A stretch of 64,000 nucleotides of DNA, from contig NW_019218102.1 in assembly GCF_002571385.2 (NCBI RefSeq), forward strand, positions 14,768 through 78,767. Reading direction: 5' to 3'. The translations under genes and the position numbers were made by a program. The notes below the pieces were generated by a model. The model had not been told where the DNA came from. It ran no database searches and worked only from the letters and a program-made list of their open reading frames with translations. Source of the DNA: Stylophora pistillata. Taxonomy: Eukaryota. How positions within the stretch are numbered: the stretch's first letter is position 1; every line of letters starts with the position of its first letter. Shown here in pieces: positions 1 to 13,900 of the stretch.

Positions 1-93
1 ATTGGCTTGACTACTTGCGGGAAGGTCAAAAGCCAAAGAAAAGTTTGGTTAGTCTTCCATTTACTGATATCACTTTCCGAAACTTTAACTTAA

Positions 94-732
94 AGTGCAC
101 CTAAACCCAAAAATTTTTTTTCGCTTAACGAAATAAGCTTATTTTTTGGAGTATTTCTGTGCAAAAATTTTTTAATTTGCTTAAATCTTAAATTTTCTGT
201 GCCTAGTCAAAATATGGAAAATCGGCCGCCATCTTGCCCCACGACCGAGTTTAAAGAGGAATGGCTCTAGCGGATAATGTGACGTCAAATCGAGAACACG
301 AAAGTCTGCATTTCACACATTTTCGCTTGTTTAGGAAGGTTGTAGTCGATTTTGTCCGAAAATATGCCGACTAAGTGTGTTATAGGAGGATGTAGCAACG
401 TGCGAAATTTGCAAGAGGGTATCACGCTTCATACATTCCTCATACAATACACCTGGTCGGCATATTTCGGACAATATCGACCACAACCTTCCCAAACAAG
501 TGAAAATGTGTGAAAAGCAGACTTTCGTGTTCTCGATTTGACGTCACATTATCCGCTAGAGCCATTCCTCTTTAAACTCGGTCGTGGGGCAAGATGGCGG
601 CCGATTTTCCATATTTTGACTAGGCACAGAAAATTTAAGATTTAAGCAAATTAAAAAATTTTTGCACAGAAATACTCCAAAAAATAAGCTTATTTCGTTA
701 AGCGAAAAAAAATTTTGGGGTTTAGGTGCACT
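94..732. mobile_element. Palindromic non-autonomous DNA transposon (Kolobok-like MITE) with a THAP-domain remnant
   Basis: Arms of about 275 bp are near-perfect reverse complements (AGTGCACCTAAACCC...GGGTTTAGGTGCACT), with TTAA on both sides (90-93, 733-736) and AG...CT termini. ATG at 364 reads MPTKCVIGGCSNVRNLQEGITLHTF, a typical THAP N-terminus. Confidence 0.8.
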
Positions 733-1049
733 TTAAGTTTATCTCAATATGTACACATTATAACTTCATGCTACTCTGCAGTAATTAGGTGTTCATATAA
801 CCAGTATATTTTTCCAGCTCAAAGCACCAAACACCCATAGCTTCAATACAATGTGGATCATAAAATGTACTTCTGTCAAAATAATAGTTGTATGCTGTTA
901 TTGTTCATTATCAGTTGTGTACATTTAAGTCCAGTGACACAACCCAACCAAATATTATCCATGAACCTTTTTACCGTAAACAGCAAGTAAGAATATCACA
1001 ATAATTTCACCTGAATGGGATGCAAGAACAAAATAATTTGCCGATTTCC

Positions 1050-1250
1050 CACAACCAAGACTTGTCCACACCCACGTACCACAGCTTTTCTTAGGGCCAA
1101 GTCAGAAGGCTTTTCCACAGGCCATGTACCAAGGCTTGTCCACAGACCACATACAAAAAGGCTCATCCAGAGGTCAAGCACCAAGGTTCATCCACAGATA
1201 ATTGACCATAAGTTGTCCACAGGGTGCAAACAAGACTTTTCCAGAGTTTC
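1050..1250. repeat. Degenerate ~24-27 bp minisatellite
   Basis: Motif cCAAGgcTTgTCCACAg recurs about 7 times with substitutions. Confidence 0.5.
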
Positions 1251-1917
1251 AGAGTCTAGAATAAAGAACCCACAAATTGATCCTAGAGATCAAGGGGAAA
1301 ATACATGTTTCTTGGACAAGTGGGAGGACTGGAGAGGAAACGAATTAGCTTGAGGTCATGATGTATGGACCAGGCATAGTGTCAGGTCTGCACGTCATAA
1401 CACCGACGGGATGGCTTTTTTCTAGACTAGCTTGCGTCAACATGTCAAGTCCTACAAACCTTGGCTTCCTTTACAGTTTTCCATAGGATGAGCAGCGCTG
1501 TACAAGTCTTGTGATAGACAATCTGGAAGAGCCTGGCCAGATCACTCATAATGTGACCTATCCAACTTACTTTCCTTACTGAAAACAAGATTCAAGTAGA
1601 ATGGAAATGATAGAATCTTCTCTCTGATCAGTATAACATAAAATAACATAAAGCTGACCAAAATTGTACACCTCTCAATAAACAATTATTTTGTTAGTTA
1701 TTATCTAGCTTATATGCTAGCACTGAATTTTATCAAATGAAATACTTCAATGAAAGTCACACAAGTTGTTAGCACAAAACGTCGGTGTGTTGATACCTGC
1801 AGTTGCACCGGGTCTTGTTAGGTGCACCTGATCACAATACTGATAATATAACAGGGTTGCTTAGCTATTTGGAAGAAGCAACCAAATTTATTAAGGATAA
1901 AATCTCGATTATTGACA

Positions 1918-1967
1918 GGGTGTGGACAAAACCTGGCCTAGGCCATGGCCTACCCTATGGCCTATCC
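1918..1967. repeat. Start of a GGCCTACCCTAT-type tandem/interspersed repeat running into an assembly gap
   Basis: ggcctaggccatggcctaccctatggcctatcc immediately precedes the N run 1968-2419. Confidence 0.5.
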
Positions 1968-2934
1968 NNNNNNNNNNNNNNNNNNNNNNNNNNNNNNNNN
2001 NNNNNNNNNNNNNNNNNNNNNNNNNNNNNNNNNNNNNNNNNNNNNNNNNNNNNNNNNNNNNNNNNNNNNNNNNNNNNNNNNNNNNNNNNNNNNNNNNNNN
2101 NNNNNNNNNNNNNNNNNNNNNNNNNNNNNNNNNNNNNNNNNNNNNNNNNNNNNNNNNNNNNNNNNNNNNNNNNNNNNNNNNNNNNNNNNNNNNNNNNNNN
2201 NNNNNNNNNNNNNNNNNNNNNNNNNNNNNNNNNNNNNNNNNNNNNNNNNNNNNNNNNNNNNNNNNNNNNNNNNNNNNNNNNNNNNNNNNNNNNNNNNNNN
2301 NNNNNNNNNNNNNNNNNNNNNNNNNNNNNNNNNNNNNNNNNNNNNNNNNNNNNNNNNNNNNNNNNNNNNNNNNNNNNNNNNNNNNNNNNNNNNNNNNNNN
2401 NNNNNNNNNNNNNNNNNNNTTTTGTGGCTCTAAATGGCGAATTTGAGCGATTTGGTGGGTTTTGCGTCGACTGTTACTGTACGTTATAAGAAGAAGACAA
2501 GAGTGGAAAGCTCATTTTCGACCGCTCTAGCGCGAAGCCGATTTTCACCCAGAAATAAGAATCGCCCGGCTTCCAAATCGAAAACCAGATAAACTGAAAA
2601 GTTGACACTTCTCGTCGCATTCAATCGGAGATCCATTCAAAATCCAAGCGCTAACCGCCAAAAAAATTTCGAGAACTGCAGCTTTCGAAGCGATCAGCAT
2701 CATAGGTGGCCCAAACTCTATCACAGGCTCTTTCACAGTGAATAAATAAAGAGTTTGTATTGCGGTTTAGTTGGACTTGCTTTTGAGCTCCGTAAATGTA
2801 AAGTTGTGTGAAATAATCAAAGAAATAAAGTCTTACCTTCGTAGAGAGTAGTCTGTGTTGTTCTCCTCGCGATTTGAGGCCGTCTTGATGTGTTTTAGCT
2901 TGACGCCCTAAATTACCGTGCTTAAAATACGGTA

Positions 2935-3080
2935 TTTTTATTGGTTCTTGCTTACGATCTATGGGAGAACAGACGCATAGTTGATGTCACCATCAACAAC
3001 ATTTTGCCCCTTTGTTTCACGAAACAAATACTGTTCGTCCGTTCATCAGTACATCACAGAAGTCGCCAAAATGTGGTAAA
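2935..3080. repeat. Fragment of an interspersed repeat also present at about 44400-44750
   Basis: Shared segments between the two sites: gatctatg..gaacagacgca, caacattttgcc/ggcaaaatgttg, caaaatgtg.taa. Confidence 0.5.
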
Positions 3081-4121
3081 ACAGTTATAGGATAATCATA
3101 AACAAGATGTAGTTATGCCAGCTTATCAACGATGTTCAAAAATCTGGTTAAAGAACAGTGTATTTAGCCTCTTTTGCAGTCTTTCTCTGGAATATCACGC
3201 CACGCTCGCCCTCTCCTCCACCTCTCCCACAGAACAGAAGAGGCTTCATTTGGAAATAGCATTTCGGACACCAAAAAGAACGGCTGTAGATGAGATTTTT
3301 AATGTCATAATCTAAGTTACAACTTGTGGATCTGTTCTTCCCTCCCCCCCCCCACCCCCCCTCAAAAGGAGGTGTAGGATAGATGCGATCAGATCTTCTT
3401 TCCGTCAGTGATTAAGATGCATATGAGCCGCATCCAATGAGCGGCTGCTGACACACCACCTTCCCACGGGAGGGCGTGGTACTTAAGAACATCCGGAATC
3501 CATTCAATACTTTATCATCCAATTTAACTTTGGCGTTCAGTTTGGCTTTTTTCATAGCCCAGAATTTGGATTGATCTTGAAAACTAAGCGAAGAAATGAT
3601 TTTGGGATTGGAGAGACATGGGGCTTTTGGTTAAAAGTCTCCTCCAAAAGTAGGTATAGTTAAGATCGAAACTTCCATCTAAATAATTATAAGAAATCTA
3701 CTTTTTGATCTACAAGATCGACCGAGGCGTATGCTCATGCATAGTTGCGTACTTTTAAACCACATATTTTCTATCTATCATCAGTCCACATAAGATGTGC
3801 CTGAGGTGCAAAGCCTCGCTCATTCTTGGCGTATGAAAGAACATCAACTGGGTCAAAAGTTATATAAGAAAAAGATATCCCCACGTATGACCGGAAATAT
3901 TCTTAATTCCCTGGGTCTCCTTGCTCAGCAAATCTATGAGCAGACGGAAGAAAACTTCGAGGTGTCGTCTTTATGAAGAAGGCGCGCGTGCTGCGTGGGC
4001 GGAGATGTCACGTGATCCATTAAAGCCTGCTGACAGTAGTTACACTTTGCGCTGAAACGCATTCGCTTTTTGCGTCAGTGGAGTCCGTGTCAGTGCAGCA
4101 CAAGAAGAAATACACACAGTT

Positions 4122-7100
4122 ATGGCGATCTTCACCACTTCGTTGATTTTGTTGTGTTTCCTTGGCTCATCTGTGGCGGTTGAAGGTGAGGGGAGAATAA
4201 CCCTTTTGTCAGTCGAGAGCTTTGTAAAAGTCAACATTTGATGACTGCTTTGTCTGGTCTCGATCCTCATTAGATTGATCTCCTTGTGATAATTTTAAAC
4301 CTTGTACGTGGTGATGGTGTTTGTGGTGAAGTCACTGTTTTTGAACCCCAAACAAAGCTCCGTTGGGCACTATTCACTGGAAAATTCAACACTGTTTATC
4401 GATTTCGCAATTTGTTCAAGTTATTCGTTTACACTCGACTGACGTTATGTCTCATCAGAACTGATCTCTCACTGCAGTCGATCTCAACTTTTTTGGAATG
4501 GTTTTCAGAAAGACGCCGAAGTATTTTATCAAAGAACGAGAGTAGAATTTTAAAGGTTGTAGAACTCGCCGTTGAAAATTTAAGAGACATTTTTATTTTG
4601 GCTGGTGTGAAAATTTCGTCTCTACCACAGAATAACTCTGTCTTGTGTAACTGGGAAGTGATGACAGTTGGGTCAATCAAAGTTATTATTTAACAGTGAT
4701 TTAATTGGCGATTTCCCGTGGTGCGGCTCCTTATCCTGATATTAGGTTATTGTAAACCGATCTTGACAGCTTGATTCTTTAGGAAGAGGTGCTTATAAAA
4801 TACATGGGCGCTTTCACGTTTTAAAGATAAGAACAATTGCAGAAGTTTGAATCCACGCGCATAAAAAAAGACCAGGAGCCCATGGATCTTGAGCACATCA
4901 AGTAATGGGCTCCTGACAAGACAATTAACGGACTATAAAAAAAGTGGAGGGGTTAAGGGTTTTGAATGATGATAGTGTTTGTTTTTGTATATCCAAGGGT
5001 GAAATCTGTTTTTTTGTTTTTTCGTTTTTAGGGCAGCCTTTATTTTCTACTGATGCATGTGAACCTTTCATACTGAACGGCGTTTTCTTCTGCGTGCACT
5101 TTCGTTTCACCCTTCTCTCCATCCCTTTTTAATGGTCCAACCCTAATAGGGAGTTACTCAGGAAGTGCCTCTTCATTTCACAAACAAGAATCATGAAAGT
5201 GAGAATTTTTTTCGACGAAAAAAGATAACTGATGCTGTCATGAATTTGTTTATGGAAATTAATGGTAGAATTCATGTATAGCCCTGAGATTTTTAACAAG
5301 TGATGACTTCATCGAAGTGTCACATTCAATTATTTTTTCATTCTAATCATTACAGCAGAAAAGTGTGGCGCTGTCCTCAACAATGAAACTGGAGTTATAA
5401 CTTCACCAAATTACCCAAACAACTACCCAAATGGAGTCACTTGTAGATGGAAGATCTCTCCTCAAAAGTCCCATGTGAATATCACTATTGAGGACTTCCT
5501 AGTAAGTAAATAATCTAACGCTTTTCGACATTTACTGCACGAAAGCAAAATGCGCGCAAATATCGCTCGAGTCAAACACCTTTCCGCGCATCAGTGTTGC
5601 CTCTTTATATCTTAAGCGCCTTAGACAAAAGTAAAATGGTGGTGTTACCTTCACTCTAGTTCCCTTGGCATGTACTGGCTAAGGGCTGTAATAGCACACA
5701 TGTAGCTATCCCGACCTCCATCCCCACCAAATTTTTTCACTTGCCTTGCAGGTCAATGCAGCCCGCTTCTCCGTGAGAGAGTCTCTTAACGGTTTTCTTT
5801 TTTTCCATTAAGCTTGAAGGATCTTCAACTTGTGAAGCATTCGACTTCGTTGAAATCAAAGTTAAAAAAGGCACCTATAACAACGAGAGAATTGCTGTTT
5901 GCGGGTCACTGACTCCTCGTGTATTGAGCATCAAACTTGACGGTGAATCAGTAGAAATAACGTTCAAAACCGATGTAAATGTGAACGCAAGAGGATTTAA
6001 AATCAGTTACCGAAGCTTTGGTAAGATTCAGCGACCCTATTTGTGTTCAACTACTGACTCCTACCCCGTAAGGATTTTTTTATAAAACATCGCAAATTCA
6101 TAGTAGCAGTTGATGTTCACATCAGTTATGATGGCGGGAAATGTGACAAGAAATTGTTCGATAGGTTTTAAAGATAGTGTGACCGAGGGAAAGGGTTGGG
6201 CTGTTGCATCCACCCGTCCTCTTACCAAAGTGGGCGTGTCAGTTGGCTTGAACATCAAAGGTGTAAGTACACAAATTAGTTGTCAAGCAGTTAAGCCAAG
6301 ATTGACACGTTTCCTTTCAGACGTCGACCCTTGTGTGAACAAGAATGGAGGATGCTCGCACACTTGCAACTTGGTTAAAGGAAAGCGTGAATGCTCGTGT
6401 CCTGACGGTTACAAACTTGGGTATGACTCGCAGACGTGCAAAGGTTTGTAGTTAATCAAAATTTGTCTTTTAAAATATGTTTAAAAGAAGCTTAAGCTAG
6501 AAAATGTGAAAAAAGAATCAGAAATACGCGGAAACGCTCATCTAGTCCTCGTGAAGCTATAACAAAGACAATACAGGGGGTTGAAAAGCGTTTCTGGAGA
6601 TTCGAATGTGTTTTGTCCCCAGGTTATATAAAGATCCACACCCATTTCTAACTCGTATTGATTTCACAGGCGTCAACAATTGTTACTTTGTGGGACGAAG
6701 AAGGTGTCCTTACAGTAGTAAGTCAACTTGCAAGGACCTCGGATTCGGCAATACCACCTGTGTCTGTTGGAACGGTTACAAGAAAGACTTTGTGGATGGC
6801 GTATGCCGTGGTATGTATTCACTGAGTCTTGGTTAGAGGAGTCATTGATGATTGGGTTCTCTCAAATATTTAAATATATAAATATAGCTTGCACACCTTT
6901 GAAAGATATCCAGATTGCTGTGGGTACTTTCATTTTCTCTTCGTATGAAAATGGCAACTTCGCCATTATTAGCACCAAATTCAAATTCGAAAACAAGGTT
7001 AAACGTTAAGAGAAATTTGAAGGCTTGACTTCCCAAGGGTAAGTAAAACTGAAAAACCTTAGCTGTAAGATTGAGCTCCACGCATACTAAGAATAAACAA

Positions 7101-10100
7101 GTTAATATGAGATAACCATTGATTACAATAAGGCGTACGATGACACATCAAATAAAGCTTATTTTTATGAATCTACACGCCATTTGGACAGGTAAACTCC
7201 AAAATATCATGTGCAAAGAATAACTATTATTTTCTTTTTTCATCAAGACATTAACGAGTGCAATGAAGATCCTAACCGGTGTGGTGTTGGGGTTTGTAAT
7301 AACCGAATAGGTTACTATTACTGTACCTGTCCCAAAGGATACCGAACAGGATACAAAGACGGCAAACAGACATGCCAGGGTAGGGACGTTCATTCCATAC
7401 ATTTCGAAATTGGCCTCTTTTTTTTAACAATTATTTTCCTATCGAACCTTACAAATCTATGTAACTAAACGTTTAGAAATAAAAATACAACTTCCAGTTC
7501 GACACTCGCATTAAACTTTGATATACGTTGGTTAGACATAGCAACTAACCACTCCATATTTCAAGCTTACAAAACTGAGTCTTTTGATCCATCGTCCATC
7601 GTATTTAGCTTCAGAAGTAAGAAATTAGAGAGTTAGGAAGCGACAACGTTCTGCGGGAAATCCACATCCACTCAACTTGCGGGCTCAAAGCAGTCCTTTT
7701 AATGATAAATGGGACCCAGTAAACTTTCACGTTTAACAAACAACTTTTACTTTGACAAGCCTTGTTTCTTTTTTCTCTGAATCAGATAAAGACGAATGCA
7801 GTAGTTACAGACCCCCCTACTGTGGAGAGGCCAGATGTGTTAACACTCCCGGAAGCTATGTTTGTCAGTGCAAACCTGGATATAAGTTCAACGAAACATC
7901 GAAAACCTGTGAAGGTTGGTTAATATGGCTGGCTCCTGAGTTGGTAAAGTGAAGGAAATAATGTGCACTAAATGGCCAACAGAGCATCTTACACGTTCGA
8001 GACGACCCGCTTTGGTCCCACAAAAGTAAAATCTATCGAATATTGAATCTTCTGGCCCTTCACTTGAGTCTACATGAGCTCTGCCTTCTTTGTCACGATG
8101 GATGGATATTAGTTTCCGTTGAAGTGATTCATTTAGATCATCATCATAGTAATTCAAAAACTAGTTGTTTTGTTTTGTTTTTTTTTTTTCACGTTTTCAT
8201 GGATTTCACATTCGACTCGATCCAAAAAAAAAAAAAAAACGCAAAAAAACCCTTAGGCAACATGAAGCGAACTGGCCCCCACGCACAATCAATAACACAT
8301 ACATATCTGACTCACCAGATGACGATGAATGCGCCGCGAGCTCCAGTGGATGTGATCAGGTTTGCTCTAACACAAACGGTTCCTTCAGTTGCAGCTGTCA
8401 TCCGGGATTTTTCCTGGATAGCAATGGCAAAACCTGCCGGGGTAGGTTGAATTTTTCCCTGGTATGCAAATATTATCATCACCGTTATAAGACAACAATA
8501 GCAATGAGAATTTTTCCAAGATGGGAAGAACGGAACGCATGCTGAAAAGCAATGTTAAAGTCTCTACTTTTCCTGAGGAGTTTTCCAGTGATTCCGCTCA
8601 AAAACTTTCCGTTTTCAAAGTGAAAGGGCGGGTTCAAGCTGGAAATGCTAAGGAATGAAAAAACTCATTCGTTGGTATGGCGGCCTGCTTAGTGCGCACC
8701 ACTGTTATTTTGAAATCTGAGGTAAAGTTCGGTTGTCTGAAACATGTTTACTAATATGCGCGCCTGCGTAAACTTTGCTACTTGTTCGACCAGATTTTGT
8801 TCATTTTCAGACGTAAAAATTGAAGGTCTTGGACTCGTTAACAAAGACAAGGCCTGCCACGGAGAATCCCTGAGAATGTCCTGCAAAGATCCTTTGGACT
8901 CGCTCATAATTTACGAAGCAAAGTTTGGTGATACTGGAGATCTAACAATTTGTCCCTACAAACATTTCATCGCTCAAGTCGATAGCAAGGGCCCTGACAC
9001 TTTGCCTTGTTATGAAAACGTGACCAAGAAGATCGAGAGTTTGTGTGGCTGGAGAAGTACGTGTGAAGTCAAAGCCGAGTCTGCCCTTAGCCGTCTTTGC
9101 CGTGGACCCAACAACCACTTATCTGTTATGTATTCGTGCGGTGAGACCTTTGACTCCTGAATCATTAGTCATTAAAACGAATAATCGATGTTTAGCGCCA
9201 CTAAACGGTGCAATTACTTGTTGGTTTGATGCAGTTGTTTTTTTCGTTTATATGAATATACGACCCGGCAACAAAAAAATACACGAGTACTTGACGTTTA
9301 ACTCCTATAAAAGTAAGTAGCGCGAAAATGATCATACGCTCGAGATTTCTTCAAGTCTGCGTTTTGCCCTCCTTTTAATTGTCGTTAGCAATTTCCCTTG
9401 ACTAACCAGGCCCCATCAAATTGTACGGCTTTCAGGGCTTTTCATTACTCTATGAACCTTGGTGTACAAACAGCTTTTTTTTTCTTGGTGGATAGCGCAA
9501 CATTACACTGGACGGTGACCTCTGTAGCTGTACTGTCAACGGATGAGTACGTGTAAACCTAATAAAAACATTCAGCCTCCCCTAAAAGCCAGGAGTCAGT
9601 TAGAAAAGGCCGAGAGTCAGCTATAGTTAACTCTCCTTCATTTACCCGAAGTTCCCACTTGGTGCAGGGCAGTTGTACTCGTAAAATAAAATGTTATGTC
9701 TCAGCTTGATAAATTATCATGTTTTCTTAAGTAAGGGGCTCTGCTTGCGCGCTTTTTGCGCAAGACTTAGACGACTCAATCGCATTTTTTACATCATTAT
9801 GTATGTTAATCACTGTTTTCTGTAGGCAAACCTCTGAAGTGTCCAGCTCTGCCCAAACCAGACAAGTGTGTTGCTCCTGTAAACAACGAGTGCAAGTCAG
9901 ACAAGGATTGCCCCCCGGCTAAAATGTGCTGCTTCGACGGATGTCAGGATGTGTGCTCTAAACCTGTCATGTACACAAGTAAGTGCTGTTAAAACCATGA
10001 CTATTTACTAGGGGGTTTCTTCTCATGAGCTATGAGTTAAACATTTCACAGCAGGTGATGGACACTGCCCCATTTCTTGGTGTAAATAGAGTTCAAGAGC

Positions 10101-10401
10101 ATTCAATGCAATTTTGCTTTTTTTCCATTAGCCAAGAGCAAACCACTTCTACATACCAGTAACTTCTATACCTATGAATAATGATCCTCTCATACATGAT
10201 ACTGTCTTACTATTTTTTACCTTGAATAATATTATGTTCATGAAAGTGCAACAAGACTGAGTTTAAAATTTGACCCAAGGTCGGAGAGTATCAAGCTTTT
10301 TTACCCAATTTACTCATTTAAAGAATGCTTGCATAATAGCCTCTATTCTCATGAATTATTTTTTTGTTTTTCTTTACTAATTGCCCACAGGTGGTTCCTA
10401 A
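4122..10401 (+). CDS. Secreted multidomain protein: signal peptide-CUB-5x EGF/cbEGF-SUEL (Gal/Rha-binding) lectin-WAP
   Basis: Phase-consistent GT-AG exons: 4122-4185 ([21 protein letters not shown]); 5356-5501 and 5813-6020 (CUB: [22 protein letters not shown]...[17 protein letters not shown]); EGF exons 6321-6443, 6670-6810, 7248-7379, 7786-7914, 8319-8441 (DINEC/DKDEC/DDDEC); 8811-9140 ([11 protein letters not shown]...IYEAKFG...LSVMYSC); 9826-9978 (8-Cys [21 protein letters not shown]); micro-exon 10132-10158; last exon 10391-10401. Confidence 0.85.
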
Positions 10402-10933
10402 GGCAACAGGTGTCTTGAGAAACAGACTGCTTGAGATGGATTGGACAATTGGCACAAAACTAAACAAAACTGATCAAGACAATGACAGTAAATTGGGATA
10501 GTTAAATGAGAGCTTTTTCTGTTGTTTAGTGATAGAAAACATGTTTGTATTCCTATGGTAAACAATAACTGACTATTAAAACTTACTGTACACAGATTAA
10601 AAGTTATCAGGTTGAGTTTTTAAACCTAAAACAATGACATTTTCATTATTGAAATTTGAAAATTATAAAACATGCATCCCTTCAAAGCATTTTTCCATTC
10701 AAAGCAATTTGCATTTTTTTCCTATGCACAATTCCAAATCCACTGTGGTTCTACCCTACAATAATGGTGTCTCAAAGGTTCTTTGCCATTTCCTGCAAAA
10801 ACAAGGCGCGTGCACCCTCTTTGAATCTGACACAACACTTGGGTCAGATCCCATTGCCCTAGCAAAATGGGGTGGCACTGTTGACCAAATCCTGTGTGAA
10901 TGATGTGGTACAGTGTAAATCTGAGAAACAGGC

Positions 10934-13900
10934 TTAGTTTTTGGACTTATATGGTGATTTATAGTGTTTTATCCATAACACATATGCTCACCCCACATAC
11001 AACAAGCATCATTCCAAGGAATGTTCCTGCAAATAAAACGCCATTGTTAAGAACTTGATCCAAAGCATGGCATGAAGAAGTAAGATTTTGCACCCTCAAA
11101 CTCTTGCATTCATCCAAATACAAAAAGTTTTTAAAGTAGACTGGATGGCACAGCTGCTAACTAGAGGCTTATCCCAATTTCTGTATTATCAAGTAACTTG
11201 GACCATATTGTAGGTACCAGTCTCTTGCCAGTTTTCTTTTAACCCATTCCTGTTCCTATTCTTATCCATGACTTTAAACTAGAGACTTGGGGTCTGGGAA
11301 CCAAGCCACCAGGCCACCTATTCTCCCATAAAAGTAACTGTGGAGTCACCAGGGAGTGGTGATCACCTGTCACACAAGCTATTTATTATTACTATTTTTT
11401 TCAACTGAGCATGTCTTAACTGAGTCTTTCAAGAGACTTCTTTATCATAAATACCTGCATTAATATTGTCTTCACCTAAAAGCCTCCCAGTCAATGTGGT
11501 GATGATCATAGTCAAAGAGTTAGTAACTGGCACAGCAACAGACAAATCTAGAACATGAATGACATCAATGGACAAAAAATATTAATGATTGTCTTATGGT
11601 TCTTGAGATAAGGACATATTAAGGTTGAAAGTCATCAAAACTTGTTGTTGATCACTGACCTGCAGATGCAAGTGTCAGGTAATAAACCACTGATCCACTC
11701 TGGTTTAACAAAAAGGGAATCAAATACTGTGGGAAAAAAAATTCCATCAGGCATCATGCATTGATCAATAAGCCTGACATAGCTATAACTTATTTCCTAT
11801 ATTAAGCACTCAGGCACTTATTTAAAATTTAGCACTTAATGCACTCATTAAAGCGGGCAAGCAAGAACTACTGGTAGTCTGGAAAGCATTGATTGGTAAG
11901 TAGGTGGTGCCTGTGATCAATTAGACTTGCACATATATATAGATATACAATATACTGAAAAAACTTTGACTTAAAGGTGTTTGTAATGAACAGCAAGACT
12001 GCACAGCTCGCTGGGTACACATTATACTTAATAACCACGATTAGTACATGGTGAATGATGGAAGGTATCTACACTTTCCTGGAAGAAAAGGATTATCATA
12101 ACTAAGGTTTTTCACGAATAGTGAGAAAAGTGAATCACTAGATTAAGTACCTGCACCAACATTTCCCATAAGGCTGTGGGGCCTTGATGCTTTCAGGTGT
12201 TTTTTCAACTTGGTGTATACGTTTTGTTGGAAGGGTATAGGGCTTGGCATTTCTAAAGGATACACTGTACCTCCTGGCCCTGCTGTACTGTCTGGGTATG
12301 TATGGAAACAATGTATTTATTAATACATCCTTTCCCAGGTCATTGTAATGAAATAGCACAATTCGATTGTGAAAAACGTTGGTCTTTCAAACAGCGATAC
12401 ATGTAATGATCAGAAAATGTCCCTCACCTTCCAGTTGGATAGAAGAAAGAGCACTTCTGCAAAAAACTGCCCAATGCGACTTGGTCTGTGAATATCCTCT
12501 ATCCCTTTACTTCCTTTTCTTATAAGAGGATTTGTGGAGCCCCATAACAGTGACACAATGTACAACCAGAATGCATTTGCTACAAGATCAGGCAGAGTAA
12601 TAAAAACATTATTACATAAGGCAAGAGAAACCTAAGTTATTCAATTTGGACCAACGTTTATCCTTGAATTTCCTTTCACTCCTTAGAATGATCAATATAA
12701 AATTTCTCCATAAAATATCAACACATTGTCGAGAAAACATTTGATAAGAATAACGAAAAGTATCGAATCAGGGTGACGGTTCAATTGAAGACAAGGAAAC
12801 ACCTAAACTTTATTATTATTACCCATTCACTAAAATTCTATTCCTACAATATAGTATAAGCTCAATTAAAATAAAATCTGTCATAGGCCTCATTTCACAT
12901 AATTATTTCATTCTAATGATTACAATCTAATTGATTACGTTCTGTTACTTCCTAATCCTATCCTTAACTATTTCCAACTTCAACCCAGCTCAAGAGAAAT
13001 ATCATTGAAAATCAGTTCTTTGAAAATAAGAAAATAAAAAAACATCCATCTTACATATAAAAAGATCTAAAAGTATTCTTAAAAAAGACAAAAACTATTC
13101 TCTAAATCCTGCTTGTTCTCTTTCAATCTCAAAGTCACAGTGCTCAATGTTCAGAGGGACATGCCTAGTGGCGCATGAACCTCTTAGGCAAAGTAAGGCG
13201 GACCTAAGTAGAGCAAAGGACACTTTTGAACATATCCATGAAATTGTTGTGCTATACTCCTCTCCTCTCTTAATAGATATGAGTTCTGCCAGTGGAAACG
13301 CTTGCATTCATCTGCCATGCCTCTGGTAGTAGTGAAGACTAAAAGTGTAAAAGTCCCTCATTCAACTTCCAAAACCCTGTTTGCGTATAACCTCTTCTTC
13401 TTATCTTCATGTTTGCGATAAATCTGCTGGATGGTGAGATCTTTGTAAGACTGCATTTGGGTGAAAAACCCTCACATCAAAAAAGGCAAAGCCTTGCCCA
13501 TACCAGAACCCAAGAGAGTGAACATCCAGTCAGGCATCCGGTGCTAAGTTCGTACCCCTCGTCAGCACTTCTCCCATTATCTCCTGGAGTATGGGTTCCA
13601 CTTGCCCATCGTGGCAAACAATGTTTAGCACATCAGCCTCAAGATCATGCAGCTCGTTATGCCTCTGGATGATGAATCCTCCTTGTTTACACACCATGGC
13701 ATAATCCACCGTAAAAGTATCTTCACAAATACAAGTGGAGGGCGTGTCAGCTATGTGCCAGTCATAGCGGAGATGAACAGCATCCCTGAACTCTCTCTTG
13801 TTTAAAGTAAAGTTCATATCCTTTAATGGGATAACTGTTAGCCAGCTAGACGCATCTTTTTCTGTAGCAAGGATAGCGTCTCTCCTGGTGTTATCAGGGA

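Noticed and set aside
1803-2489. Long ORFs in the ORF track
   Set aside because: Artefacts of the N gap at 1968-2419.
4286-5132. ORFs in intron 1 of the CUB/EGF gene
   Set aside because: No recognisable motifs or consistent splice phase.
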